Of a stretch of 24,499 nt of DNA, positions 1 to 9,415 are shown in pieces. The DNA comes from Armatimonadota bacterium (GTDB lineage Bacteria > Vulcanimicrobiota > JACPDS01 > JBDRKI01), in assembly GCA_043814095.1 (NCBI GenBank), contig JBDRKI010000064.1, positions 1 through 24,499 of the forward strand. Direction: 5' to 3'. Both the position numbers and the translations under genes were made by a program. The notes beneath the pieces are model-generated. The model was not told the DNA's origin. It saw only the letters and a program-made list of their open reading frames with translations, and did no database searches. The first letter of the stretch is position 1, and every line of letters starts with the position of its first letter.

Positions 1-20
1 AATAAATAAATAAATAAATA
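1..20. repeat. Short (TAAA)n simple repeat at the window edge
   Basis: aataaataaataaataaata at 1-20; may extend beyond the window. Confidence 0.6.
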
Positions 21-35
21 GAAAATATAATTGTA

Positions 36-71
36 TAAAAAAAACAGCTCCATTCAGAGCTGTTTTTTTTA
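36..71. terminator. Bidirectional rho-independent terminator
   Basis: Perfect inverted repeat TAAAAAAAACAGCTC-cattca-GAGCTGTTTTTTTTA with A/T tracts on both sides, ~30 bp downstream of the stop of the minus-strand gene at 100. Confidence 0.85.
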
Positions 72-99
72 CTTTTATCTTTGTATTCTATATTTATTT

Positions 100-1614
100 C
101 TAATATAAAGGAGTAATCTCTGTTTTAAATCCTTCTAAAATAATATAGTTGGGATCTTCCTGCATCTCAAGACATTCCGCTCTGGGGGTCTGGAAGGTTG
201 TTGAAAAAATAGGGGTTGTTCTTTCCAGGGGGGATAGGGAGATATCAACATCGCTTTGAATTACCATTCTGTAAGGATCCATCCCGCCGAAATAATATTC
301 CCGGGCTTTCTTTTTCTCCGCGGGGGTAAGAGAGTCTGAAGCAAGCAGTGCGTCTACAATAGTTGTATCAACCGGTATCCATCCGTAGCTCGGCACGTAA
401 AACTCGGCCCAGAAGTGTGTTGAGGGCTTGCCCGGTGTAAGCAGCATCCCTCCGGTTGCCCTTGCGGGTATCCCAAGGGAGCGGCAGAGCGCGGCGAAAT
501 ACATGGACTGCGCCCCGCAGTCACCGAAATTGTTTTTAAGCACGAAAGCCGTTTCCGAGATATTAAGCTGGTCAAGGTATACATGGGGGGTATAGCTGTA
601 GGATACATTGTCAATAATATAGTCATATATTTTCTTGGCGCGCAGGTAGGGATTTTTTTCATCGCCTACAATCTTAAGAGCCTTATCTTTTACTTCCTGG
701 CCCGGGCATATATTTTTGGTGTAGCCGGTATAGGTTCCGTATAATTGGGTTTTAGAGTTATATAGTCCTAAATTATTAGGATCCAGCCTGAAATACTGTT
801 CGTAATGGTCAAATGAATAAGTAAGCTCTATATCTATGTCTTTAGTTAATTCTTCAAGAGGTATTTCAAAGTAGGCTATCCCGATATCTTCGTCTGTATG
901 AGGCGCTGATTTTAAGTATTCCTGAGGAGTTATCGCGGTCGTCTTTACATTCTGCTGGCATGCGGTTTGAATCGGCGCCGGGACCCATATTTTTAATGTG
1001 CCTTTCTTTGGGAATTTTTTATGAGGAATATTTATGCTGAATTTTGCAAGGTAGCTTAACGGGCTAACAAAGGAGTTCCACTTCTGCAGTTCATAAACAG
1101 AAGGGAGTTGATTAAGAAAATAACTTTTATACATGTCCGAAAATTCTCTCATTTTCTTAATATTTTCGGGAAAATATTTACGCAGCTCAGGATACCTGTA
1201 ATATATATTATCTAAGAATCCGTGGAAATAATATGATTTCCCGCCTATAACCAGATGATCAAGCTTTACATCCGCAAGGATTTCATTTATCTGCTCCTGC
1301 GAGAAACCCTTAAAGACTTCCTTTAACATTTTATCGGCTTCTTGCCGGGTAAAGGGGTATTCAAGGACAATTCTTTTCATCTGGATTATCTTTAAATGCG
1401 CGAAATCGGCTTTTCTTTCTTCTTTGTTTTTAATAAACCAGTCCATTGCTTCTTTGTATGCCTTGCCTGCTTCTATATACGAGCCCTGTTTTTCAAGGCT
1501 GGCGCCTTTGAAATAAAGCTGGTTGCCTTTGCTCTGTTCCTTGGCAGATACAGCCATAGTTACAAAAGCAAAAAGCAGGCATAAGATAATTAAAATTCCT
1601 AAAGTTTTTTTCAT
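100..1614 (-). CDS. Exported transglutaminase-like (Cys-His-Asp) domain protein
   Basis: N-terminal signal peptide (MKK + hydrophobic core + VSA). Transglutaminase-like core motifs GDCG...FAALCRSLGIPAR, HFWAEFY and GWIPVDTT. RBS AGGAGG on the minus strand at 1625-1630. Confidence 0.85.
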   Translation of the reverse strand: MKKTLGILIILCLLFAFVTMAVSAKEQSKGNQLYFKGASLEKQGSYIEAGKAYKEAMDWFIKNKEERKADFAHLKIIQMKRIVLEYPFTRQEADKMLKEVFKGFSQEQINEILADVKLDHLVIGGKSYYFHGFLDNIYYRYPELRKYFPENIKKMREFSDMYKSYFLNQLPSVYELQKWNSFVSPLSYLAKFSINIPHKKFPKKGTLKIWVPAPIQTACQQNVKTTAITPQEYLKSAPHTDEDIGIAYFEIPLEELTKDIDIELTYSFDHYEQYFRLDPNNLGLYNSKTQLYGTYTGYTKNICPGQEVKDKALKIVGDEKNPYLRAKKIYDYIIDNVSYSYTPHVYLDQLNISETAFVLKNNFGDCGAQSMYFAALCRSLGIPARATGGMLLTPGKPSTHFWAEFYVPSYGWIPVDTTIVDALLASDSLTPAEKKKAREYYFGGMDPYRMVIQSDVDISLSPLERTTPIFSTTFQTPRAECLEMQEDPNYIILEGFKTEITPLY

Positions 1615-1617
1615 AAT

Positions 1618-3237
1618 TTATTTACCTCCTGATTTTAGTATGATTCCGCTGTAGGGATCTAGTTTTAAAGTAAGGACTTGATTCTTAATATTTACTTTTT
1701 CGCCCGATACTAAATCTATAATTTCACCGTTAAGCAATTTATCCTGCAAGGGTATATTAACTTCTGCCGCATCGGGAGAGTAATTAATTGCAATTATATT
1801 TTTATCATCTTCTGTTTCCCTCATATATGAATAAACTTTATTACCGTCATCACATAGAAGAGTTGCAAATGTCCCTGTTCTTAATGCAGGATTCTCCTTC
1901 CTTATGGAAGCAAGCTTTTTTATCCATTCTAAAAGTTCCGTGTTCTGTGAAGCTTTATCCCATATAAAGGGTTTCCTGCAGTGAGGGTCGGTGCCCCCGT
2001 ACATCCCGATTTCGCCCCCGTAATATATTACGGGGTTTCCCACATAGGTAAACTGGAAAAGATAGACCGGTTTTAACTTCTTATAAGCTTCTTTGTCCAC
2101 TGCCCCATTATAATAATCTGCGCTGTTTTTTGCCTGATCAACATGATCTTTATTATAGACAGAGGAGGAGATTCTTGCCGTGTCATGGCTTTCCATAATA
2201 TTAAGCATGGCATAATTTGCTTTATGATCATAAAGATTTCTTCTTGCTTTAAGTATTTTATCAAATTCCGATACGCTGATTCTCTCCGAGCAGAAAAATT
2301 TTAAGACAGGCGCGCGGAAACCGTAATAATTCATAACGGTATCAAACTTATTGCCTTCATTTAACCAGGGGGATGCGTCTCCCCATATTTCTCCGACTAT
2401 TAAGGCGTCGGGATTGCATTTTTTAACAAGCGCACACCACTTTATCCAGAACTCGTCATCATTTATCTCATCCGCGACATCAAGGCGCCAGCCGTCAATC
2501 CCGAGATCCATCCATTTTTTTGTAATATCATAAATATATTCTTTTACTTCGGGACATTTAAAATTTATTTTAGGCAGTCCTCCTAATCCCCACCAGCATT
2601 CATAGTTAGGAGGGAAATCTTCAGACTGCTCCCAGATTTTTATCACAGGATAACTTTTTACATTATACCAGTCCTTATATTTTGAAGCCTCCCCGTTTTT
2701 AATAATATCCTGGAATGCCCAGAATTCATATCCGGTATGGTTAAATACCCCGTCTAATATTATTTTTATGCCATTTTCATGAAGCTTGTTTATGAGTTCT
2801 TTAAATTCTTCTTCTGTGCCCAAAAGGGGATCTATTTTGGCGTAATCTGATGTGTTGTATCTATGGCTTGAAGTGGAAGCAAATACCGGGTTGAGCCATA
2901 CGGCATTTATGCCTAAGCTTTTAAGGTAAGGTATCTTTTCCATAATTCCTTTAAAGTTGCCGCCGTATTTACTGTTTAATGTCGGCTTATCATTATCCCA
3001 TGAGGTTAACTCAATATATACAGGATCTCCGTCAACATCATATATGTCGGTAATGACTTTATCTTCACCTGTATCAATCCTGTAAAATCTGTCGGGAAAA
3101 ATCTGGTACCAGACGGCATTCTCATACCATAAGTTTTCATCCGTATCAGCTTGCACTACCCCTATAGATAGCGGAAAAAACATTAAAAATAATGATAATA
3201 TAGGGCTTAAATATATATATTTATTATTCATTTTCAT
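1618..3237 (-). CDS. Glycoside hydrolase family 13 (neopullulanase/cyclomaltodextrinase-like) with signal peptide
   Basis: WYQIFPDRF, GGNFKGI, DGVFNH, LPKIN, GWRLDVADE (nucleophile Asp), GEIW (acid/base Glu), ESHD. Hydrophobic N-terminus ending VQA. RBS spacing (AGGAG at 3240-3244) favours the second ATG at 3231 as the start. Confidence 0.9.
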   Translation of the reverse strand: MKMNNKYIYLSPILSLFLMFFPLSIGVVQADTDENLWYENAVWYQIFPDRFYRIDTGEDKVITDIYDVDGDPVYIELTSWDNDKPTLNSKYGGNFKGIMEKIPYLKSLGINAVWLNPVFASTSSHRYNTSDYAKIDPLLGTEEEFKELINKLHENGIKIILDGVFNHTGYEFWAFQDIIKNGEASKYKDWYNVKSYPVIKIWEQSEDFPPNYECWWGLGGLPKINFKCPEVKEYIYDITKKWMDLGIDGWRLDVADEINDDEFWIKWCALVKKCNPDALIVGEIWGDASPWLNEGNKFDTVMNYYGFRAPVLKFFCSERISVSEFDKILKARRNLYDHKANYAMLNIMESHDTARISSSVYNKDHVDQAKNSADYYNGAVDKEAYKKLKPVYLFQFTYVGNPVIYYGGEIGMYGGTDPHCRKPFIWDKASQNTELLEWIKKLASIRKENPALRTGTFATLLCDDGNKVYSYMRETEDDKNIIAINYSPDAAEVNIPLQDKLLNGEIIDLVSGEKVNIKNQVLTLKLDPYSGIILKSGGK

Positions 3238-3308
3238 CTCTCCTGTTCAAATATCTTATCTTTTCTTCCATTATTATGCTTATTTCCCTTTTACATAGGG
3301 AAGGAAAA

Positions 3309-3326
3309 GTTAACAAATTGTTAATA
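3309..3326. promoter_or_regulatory. Putative transcription-factor site: direct repeat GTTAACA-N4-GTTAATA (11-bp period)
   Basis: Lies in the divergent intergenic region just upstream of the -35 box. A near-identical repeat is at 18257-18274. Confidence 0.4.
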
Positions 3327-3338
3327 TTAATTTTCCAT

Positions 3339-3368
3339 TTGACTCTTATATATATTTATTATTATAAT
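3339..3368 (+). promoter_or_regulatory. Sigma70/SigA-type promoter for the xseA operon
   Basis: TTGACT (3339-3344), 18 bp spacer, TATAAT (3363-3368), upstream of the xseA ATG at 3435. Confidence 0.65.
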
Positions 3369-3434
3369 AAGCTATATGAATTAAACTATATAAATAAAGG
3401 AATTGATATATTTTTAATAGAAATAAGCGGAACT

Positions 3435-4649
3435 ATGGAAGAAGTAATACAGGATAAAAAACAAAACATTTTAACGGTAACCCAGCTTACCTCATTTATA
3501 AAAAATCTTATTGATTATAATGATTTTTTAAGTTTTATATATTTAAGCGGAGAGGTATCCAACCTTAAAAAACATACCTCAGGTCATTATTACTTCAACT
3601 TAAAAGACCAGAAAAGCCAGATAAGCTGTGTGATGTTTGCAGGCAATGCCAAGAAGATAAAATTTGATTTAAAAGACGGGATGAAAGTAATCGCCACCGG
3701 CAGGGTAAGTGTTTATGAAAGATCAGGCAGCTACCAGCTTTATGTGGACAGCTTAAAGCCGGAGGGACTGGGAGAACTCTACCTTGCGTTCCTGCAGTTA
3801 AAAGAGAAACTTGAAAAAGAAGGTCTCTTTGACGAAAGCCGCAAAAAGCCCCTCCCTTATTTTCCCAGAGTATTAGGCGTTGTCTCATCAGAGACCGGCG
3901 CGGTAATCCATGATATATTAACAACGATAAAGAACAGGAATAATTCCGTTAAGGTGATTCTGGCTCCCTCAAAAGTGCAGGGGGAAGACGCGCCTCCTTC
4001 TATAGTTAAAGCAATAGAAAGGTTAAACAGGCTTTCTGAAGTTGAAATTATAATTGTCGCAAGGGGCGGGGGTTCCCTTGAGGACCTTATGGCTTTTAAC
4101 TCGGAAGAGGTTGCAAGAGCCATATTTTCTTCCGGTAAGCCTGTTGTAAGCGCGGTAGGGCATGAGACCGATTTTACGATAGCCGATTTTGTATCATCAA
4201 GAAGAGCGCCGACACCCACGGGCGCGGCTCAGGTCTGCGTGCCTGACAAGTTTGAGATGTTCAGGAACATTGAAAATTTAAAAAGCAAACTGAAGACTAA
4301 CTTATTAAAAAAGATTGATTATGACAGGAAACTGCTTGAAAGGCTTAGGAATTCATATATATTCAGAAACCCCTTCCAGAAGATTAATCTTATGTATCAG
4401 GATCTGGACAGGTTGACAGAGCAGTTATACGACAAGATAAAAGAATATTTCAGACAGCAAAGAGAAAAGATTAAGTTTTTAAAAACACATCTTAAAGTCC
4501 TTAACCCCTATAATATACTGGACAGGGGTTACGGAATAATAACCGATAAAAAAAGCAAGAAGGTTATAAAAAGCGTTAATGACGTAAAGAAAAATGATCT
4601 GGTACTTGTACAGGTATCAGACGGGGAATTTGAGAGCAAGGTATTATAG
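3435..4649 (+). CDS. xseA: Exodeoxyribonuclease VII large subunit
   Basis: LTVTQLT, GEVSN...SGHYYFNLKD, ARGGGSLEDL, SAVGHETDFTIADFV, RAPTPTGAA. Start moved from 3276 to the ATG at 3435 because the upstream 53 codons are AT-rich and overlap the promoter. Confidence 0.95.
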   Translation: MEEVIQDKKQNILTVTQLTSFIKNLIDYNDFLSFIYLSGEVSNLKKHTSGHYYFNLKDQKSQISCVMFAGNAKKIKFDLKDGMKVIATGRVSVYERSGSYQLYVDSLKPEGLGELYLAFLQLKEKLEKEGLFDESRKKPLPYFPRVLGVVSSETGAVIHDILTTIKNRNNSVKVILAPSKVQGEDAPPSIVKAIERLNRLSEVEIIIVARGGGSLEDLMAFNSEEVARAIFSSGKPVVSAVGHETDFTIADFVSSRRAPTPTGAAQVCVPDKFEMFRNIENLKSKLKTNLLKKIDYDRKLLERLRNSYIFRNPFQKINLMYQDLDRLTEQLYDKIKEYFRQQREKIKFLKTHLKVLNPYNILDRGYGIITDKKSKKVIKSVNDVKKNDLVLVQVSDGEFESKVL

Positions 4650-4660
4650 CAGGGGGTACT

Positions 4661-4918
4661 ATGAAAAAGACACTAAAAGATAAGAACTATGAACAGTGCC
4701 TTACATCTCTGGAAGAGATTGTGGAGCATCTTGAGAAAGGAGATCTTCCTCTTGAAGAATCCATAAAGAAATTCCAGGAAGGGACACTCCTTGCCAATAT
4801 GTGCACGGAGAAGCTGAAGGTCGCGGAAGAGAAGATTAAAAAGCTTATAGAAAAAGATGACGGGCAGATAGAACAGGTTGATTTTAATTTTGAAAATGAA
4901 GCCAAAAAGAAAAATTAA
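4661..4918 (+). CDS. xseB: Exodeoxyribonuclease VII small subunit
   Basis: LEEIVEHLEKGDLPLEESIKKFQEG motif, directly after xseA. Confidence 0.93.
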   Translation: MKKTLKDKNYEQCLTSLEEIVEHLEKGDLPLEESIKKFQEGTLLANMCTEKLKVAEEKIKKLIEKDDGQIEQVDFNFENEAKKKN

Positions 4919-4934
4919 TCGATAAAGGTGTATT

Positions 4935-5777
4935 ATGGGATTTAAAGGTGTTTTAAAGAAGAAGCAGGCCCTGGTTAATAACGCTTTAAAGAAGTATCTT
5001 TCGGTAAGAAACCTTAAACTGCCGGAAGTTTTATCAGATGCTTTAAGGTACAGCGTTTTCTCCGGAGGGAAAAGGTTCAGGCCTGTTCTGACTTTGCTTA
5101 CAGCTGAGGCTTTAGGGGTAAAACCGGATAAGGTTATGCCCGGTGCCTGCGCTATAGAGCTTATACATAATTTTTCACTTATACATGATGATATGCCCTG
5201 TATGGATAATGATGATTACAGGAGGGGGCGGCTTACCTGCCATAAGAAGTTTGACGAAGCGGTAGCGCTTCTTGCGGGGGATGCTTTGGTTGCTTACGCG
5301 TTTAAGCTCCTTGCGGATAACTGTAAAGGGGTAAGCGAGAAGGATTTTAAGAAGATAATAAGCGAGCTGTCCGACGCGACGGTCAAGATGATATCAGGGC
5401 AGGTTAAGGATATAACAATAAGGCCTTCCCAGATAGATGACGCGGTTTTAAATTACATTCATTCACATAAAACAGGAGCCCTTATAAGATGCGCGGTAAG
5501 GACTGGTGCTGTTTTATCGGGTGCAACGGGTAAACAGCTTGAGAATCTTACATTATACGGACAGCATATAGGGTTGATTTTTCAGATTACAGATGATATT
5601 TTAGATATGAACGAAGAATCGGGAAAAGTAAGTTTTCCTTTATTTTACGGTTTGTCGGAGTCCATGAAGCTTCTTGCCGAACTGGCAGGTTCCGCATTGG
5701 ATAATGTTAAAAGTTTCGGCACGCGCGGTGAGAATTTAAAAAATGTTGTTCATTATCTTTTAGCGAGAAAGAAATAG
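4935..5777 (+). CDS. ispA: Short-chain polyprenyl diphosphate synthase (geranyltranstransferase)
   Basis: GGKRFRP, FARM HDDMPCMDNDDYRRG, GQ..D, HKTGALI, SARM FQITDDILD. xseB-ispA-dxs synteny. Confidence 0.9.
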   Translation: MGFKGVLKKKQALVNNALKKYLSVRNLKLPEVLSDALRYSVFSGGKRFRPVLTLLTAEALGVKPDKVMPGACAIELIHNFSLIHDDMPCMDNDDYRRGRLTCHKKFDEAVALLAGDALVAYAFKLLADNCKGVSEKDFKKIISELSDATVKMISGQVKDITIRPSQIDDAVLNYIHSHKTGALIRCAVRTGAVLSGATGKQLENLTLYGQHIGLIFQITDDILDMNEESGKVSFPLFYGLSESMKLLAELAGSALDNVKSFGTRGENLKNVVHYLLARKK

Positions 5778-5796
5778 TAAAAATTGGGGTGTTATT

Positions 5797-7677
5797 ATGG
5801 AAAGTATATTAAGTAAAGTAAATCTACCCTCGGATTTAAAAAATTTATCCGTTGAGGAGTTAAAAACTTTATCAGATGAATTAAGGGAATTTATAATAGA
5901 ATCCGTCTCAAAAACAGGCGGTCACCTTGCTTCGAGTTTAGGCGTTGTAGAGCTTACCGTAGCACTGCATAAAGTTTTTGATACTCCGTATGACAAGATA
6001 GTATGGGATGTGGGACACCAGTCATACGCCCATAAGATTTTAACGGGCAGAAAAAACAGGTTCCATACTTTAAGGCAGTATGAAGGCATAAGCGGGTTTC
6101 CAAAAATAGCAGAGAGCGAGTATGACAGTTTCGGTACTGGGCATTCAAGCACATCCATCTCGGCCGCTCTGGGCCTTATTAAGGCAAGGGACCTAAAAGG
6201 CGGATCCAATAATGTTATAGCCGTTATAGGGGACGGGGCGTTAACAGGCGGGATGGCCTTAGAGGCTTTAAATCATGCAGGACATTTAAATTCTGACCTT
6301 CTTGTTATATTAAACGATAATGAGATGAGCATATCTAAGAATGTGGGCGCCATATCAACTTATTTAAGTAAGATAAGGATGCAGCCAAGTTTTGTTAAGA
6401 TGCGTCAGGACCTGCAGAAGCTTATTAAAAATATACCTAAGATAGGGGATAAGCTTTTCAATAAGGCAAGGGAGATAGAAAGCCACCTTACATACCTAAT
6501 GGTTCCCGGAGTCTTTTTTGAGTCTTTGGGATTTACTTATCTTGGTCCTTTTGACGGCCATAACATGGAAGACCTTCTTGCTATAATGGAGAATGTAAAA
6601 AACATGAAAGGGCCGAGAATTATCCATATAATCACTCAAAAAGGCAAAGGATATTATCCCGCCGAGAAGGATTCCACTAAGTTCCACGGCACGATACCTT
6701 TTAATATAGAGACGGGTGAATATGCGAAGGGTGAAGTAAAGATACCTTCATATACTTCTGTTTTCGGAAATACAATAACAAAACTGGCTGAAGAAGACAA
6801 TAAAGTCGTGGCTTTAACAGCGGCAATGACTGACGGTACGGGGCTGGTTGAGTTCTCGGAAAAATTTCCACACAGAACCTTTGATGTGGGGATAGCCGAA
6901 CAGCATATGGCAACTTTTGCTGCCGCGTTAGCATCTGAAGGATTTAAGCCGTTTGTATGCATTTATTCAAGTTTTTTGCAGAGGGCTTATGACCAGCTTA
7001 TACATGATGTCTGCCTGCAGAAGCTTCCGGTTAAATTTATGATTGACAGAAGCGGCATTGTGGGAGAAGACGGGGCGACGCACCAGGGTTCTTTTGACAT
7101 TTCTTATCTAAGACTTATCCCCAATCTTGTGATAATGGCCCCGAAAGACGAGAATGAACTCCAGCATATGATGAAAACTACTCTTGATTATAACGGGCCG
7201 GCGGCCATAAGGTACCCGCGCGGTAAAGGCGTGGGGGTGAAAATAGATACCGAGCCTGAGAATATCCAGATAGGCAAAGCAGAAATTTTAAAGCAGGGCA
7301 AAGATATGCTCTTTATCGCCATAGGCAATATGGTTTATCCCTGCCTTCTTGCAGCCGAAGAGCTCGCCGGGGTCGGGTTTGATATAGGTGTTATAAATGC
7401 CAGGTTTGTAAAGCCTCTAGATAAAGAACTTCTGTGCGATGAGATTAAGAAGTATAAAAATGTAATTGTTTTTGAAGAGAACGCGAAAGCCGGCGGGTTT
7501 GGGAGTGCTATTCTTGAACTTATAAGCGAGAATAACATTAAAAATGTTAATGTAAAATGCGTTGGCCTGCCGGATGAATTTATAGAGCACGCGCATCCAA
7601 GTATTTTAAGAATGAAGTATAATCTTTCACCCGATAAGATCAAAGAGATAGTTAAATACAGCATGGAGATGGTATAA
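5797..7677 (+). CDS. dxs: 1-deoxy-D-xylulose-5-phosphate synthase
   Basis: GGHLASSLG, WDVGHQSYAHK, GHSSTSISA, TPP motif GDGALTGG...NDN, DVGIAEQH, GEDGATHQG, IRYPRG. Confidence 0.97.
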   Translation: MESILSKVNLPSDLKNLSVEELKTLSDELREFIIESVSKTGGHLASSLGVVELTVALHKVFDTPYDKIVWDVGHQSYAHKILTGRKNRFHTLRQYEGISGFPKIAESEYDSFGTGHSSTSISAALGLIKARDLKGGSNNVIAVIGDGALTGGMALEALNHAGHLNSDLLVILNDNEMSISKNVGAISTYLSKIRMQPSFVKMRQDLQKLIKNIPKIGDKLFNKAREIESHLTYLMVPGVFFESLGFTYLGPFDGHNMEDLLAIMENVKNMKGPRIIHIITQKGKGYYPAEKDSTKFHGTIPFNIETGEYAKGEVKIPSYTSVFGNTITKLAEEDNKVVALTAAMTDGTGLVEFSEKFPHRTFDVGIAEQHMATFAAALASEGFKPFVCIYSSFLQRAYDQLIHDVCLQKLPVKFMIDRSGIVGEDGATHQGSFDISYLRLIPNLVIMAPKDENELQHMMKTTLDYNGPAAIRYPRGKGVGVKIDTEPENIQIGKAEILKQGKDMLFIAIGNMVYPCLLAAEELAGVGFDIGVINARFVKPLDKELLCDEIKKYKNVIVFEENAKAGGFGSAILELISENNIKNVNVKCVGLPDEFIEHAHPSILRMKYNLSPDKIKEIVKYSMEMV

Positions 7678-7692
7678 GAGCAAGAGGGACAG

Positions 7693-8481
7693 GTGAAAAA
7701 AAACAAAACAAGGCTTGATATATTGCTGCTGGATAAAAATCTGGTAGAATCCAGAACCGTCGCGCAGACGCTGATTATGGACGGCGCGGTTTATGTAAAC
7801 GGCGTAAAAACAATAAAGCCGAGTACTTTTGTAGGTGAGGATGTAGAGATAATATTAAAGGAAAAATTAAAGTATGTAAGCCGCGGGGGGCTTAAAATAG
7901 AAAAAGCATTTACGGAGTTCGGTTTGAATATAAAGGGGGGTATTGCCCTGGATATAGGGGCTTCAACCGGCGGTTTTACAGATTTTCTGCTGCAGAACGG
8001 GGCGGAAAAAGTTTACTGTGTTGATGTGGGATACGGACAGCTTGATTACAAGCTCAGGAACAGTGATAAGGTAGTTAATTTAGAAAGACTTAATGTAAGG
8101 AACTTAACAGAAGAACATGTTAAGGAGAAAGCAGACCTTGTTACAATAGATACCTCCTTTATATCGGTTACTAAGTTCCTGGAGAACTTAATCCGGTTTA
8201 TAAAAGAGGATGGCAGGGTTTTAATCCTGATTAAACCGCAGTTTGAAGCGGGAAGAAAATTTGTACACAAGGGCGGAGTTGTTAAAGATAAGCAGGTCCA
8301 CAGGGATATAATAAAAAATATAGCGCTTTTTGCCGGAAATATAGGGTTGTATATCTATGAATTAACCGTATCTCCCGTAAAAGGACCCGCAGGTAATACA
8401 GAATATCTAGCTCTTTTCGGTTTTGATAAAACAAAGAGAATTGCCGATATTGAAAAGAAAATAACTGAATTTGTTATATAG
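7693..8481 (+). CDS. tlyA: TlyA family rRNA (cytidine-2'-O)-methyltransferase
   Basis: S4 domain RLDILL, YVSRGGLK, DIGASTGGFTD, VDVGYGQL, LIKPQFEAG, SPVKGPAGNTEY. GTG start. Confidence 0.95.
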   Translation: MKKNKTRLDILLLDKNLVESRTVAQTLIMDGAVYVNGVKTIKPSTFVGEDVEIILKEKLKYVSRGGLKIEKAFTEFGLNIKGGIALDIGASTGGFTDFLLQNGAEKVYCVDVGYGQLDYKLRNSDKVVNLERLNVRNLTEEHVKEKADLVTIDTSFISVTKFLENLIRFIKEDGRVLILIKPQFEAGRKFVHKGGVVKDKQVHRDIIKNIALFAGNIGLYIYELTVSPVKGPAGNTEYLALFGFDKTKRIADIEKKITEFVI

Positions 8482-8491
8482 GGGTGTGTAA

Positions 8492-9415
8492 ATGAGTGAC
8501 AGAGCGTTTAAAATACTGATAGCCGATGAACAGGTTAAAAGCGTGGAGTTTTTAAAAGAACACCTGCAGGCTTACGGGTACCGGATTACAGGGGTGACTT
8601 CGGGGAAAGAACTCCAGGATATATGCAAAAAAGAAAAATTTGACCTTTTAATACTTAGCTTAACGTTAAAAGACGTAGATAGTCTTAATATATGCAGGGA
8701 GATTAAAAAATCTCCTCAGACTTCTGACCTGCCGGTTCTTTTTATCACATCTCACAGGGAAACGGAAGAAAAATTAAGAGCTCTTGAAAGCGGGGCCGAT
8801 GATTTTGTGACCAAACCCTTTAACCTTGAAGAGTTAAACGCAAGGATAAGATCTATATTAAGAAGCAAAATTTCAAAGGACGTATTAAAGCAGAGAACGC
8901 GGATCCTTGAAGACAGTGCTCTGCGTGACGAGCTGACCGGATTATACAACCGCCGTTACATAATAGAGAGAATGTATGAAGAGATATCACGCTCTAAAAG
9001 ATTCAGCCATATTGTTTCGTGTGTTATTTTTGATATTGATCAGTTTAAATCGTTAAATGATACTTACGGGGTTGAATGCGCCAATAATATTCTTACCCAG
9101 ACAGCTCTTGTGATTAAAGAAAACGTGAGGGCTGAGGATATAGTTGGCAGGTTCGGCGGTGAAGAGTTCGTTATAGTTCTTCCCCAGACCGATTTAGAAG
9201 GGGCGCTTACGGTTGCGGAAAAACTGCGTGAAACCATCGGGAATAAAAATATAGATATAAAGGGAGCTTCCTTAAATGTAACCGTTAGTATGGGAGTATC
9301 ATCCACTGAAGTGGGTGAAGATGAAGACCTGCTTTATTACGCGGACCTGGCTCTGGATAAAGCCAAAAAATCAGGCAGAAATAAGGTGATAGCTTGGAAA
9401 AAAGAAGAAGAATAA
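8492..9415 (+). CDS. Diguanylate cyclase with N-terminal atypical receiver domain (REC-GGDEF)
   Basis: REC fold (KILIADE...GADDFVTKPF), DELTGLYNRR, FDIDQFKSLNDTYG, I-site RAED, active site GGEEF, AKKSGRN. Confidence 0.92.
   Translation: MSDRAFKILIADEQVKSVEFLKEHLQAYGYRITGVTSGKELQDICKKEKFDLLILSLTLKDVDSLNICREIKKSPQTSDLPVLFITSHRETEEKLRALESGADDFVTKPFNLEELNARIRSILRSKISKDVLKQRTRILEDSALRDELTGLYNRRYIIERMYEEISRSKRFSHIVSCVIFDIDQFKSLNDTYGVECANNILTQTALVIKENVRAEDIVGRFGGEEFVIVLPQTDLEGALTVAEKLRETIGNKNIDIKGASLNVTVSMGVSSTEVGEDEDLLYYADLALDKAKKSGRNKVIAWKKEEE

Noticed and set aside
1-20. Phase-variation role for the TAAA repeat
   Set aside because: Short, truncated by the window edge, and downstream of a terminator with no visible gene or promoter context.
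3276-3434. 53-codon N-terminal extension of xseA in the ORF track
   Set aside because: AT-rich, I/Y/N-biased sequence overlapping the predicted promoter. XseA similarity starts only after the ATG at 3435.
7693-8481. Hemolysin or virulence interpretation of tlyA
   Set aside because: The motifs and the housekeeping dxs-tlyA-nadK context support the rRNA methyltransferase role. Nothing in the sequence indicates a toxin function.
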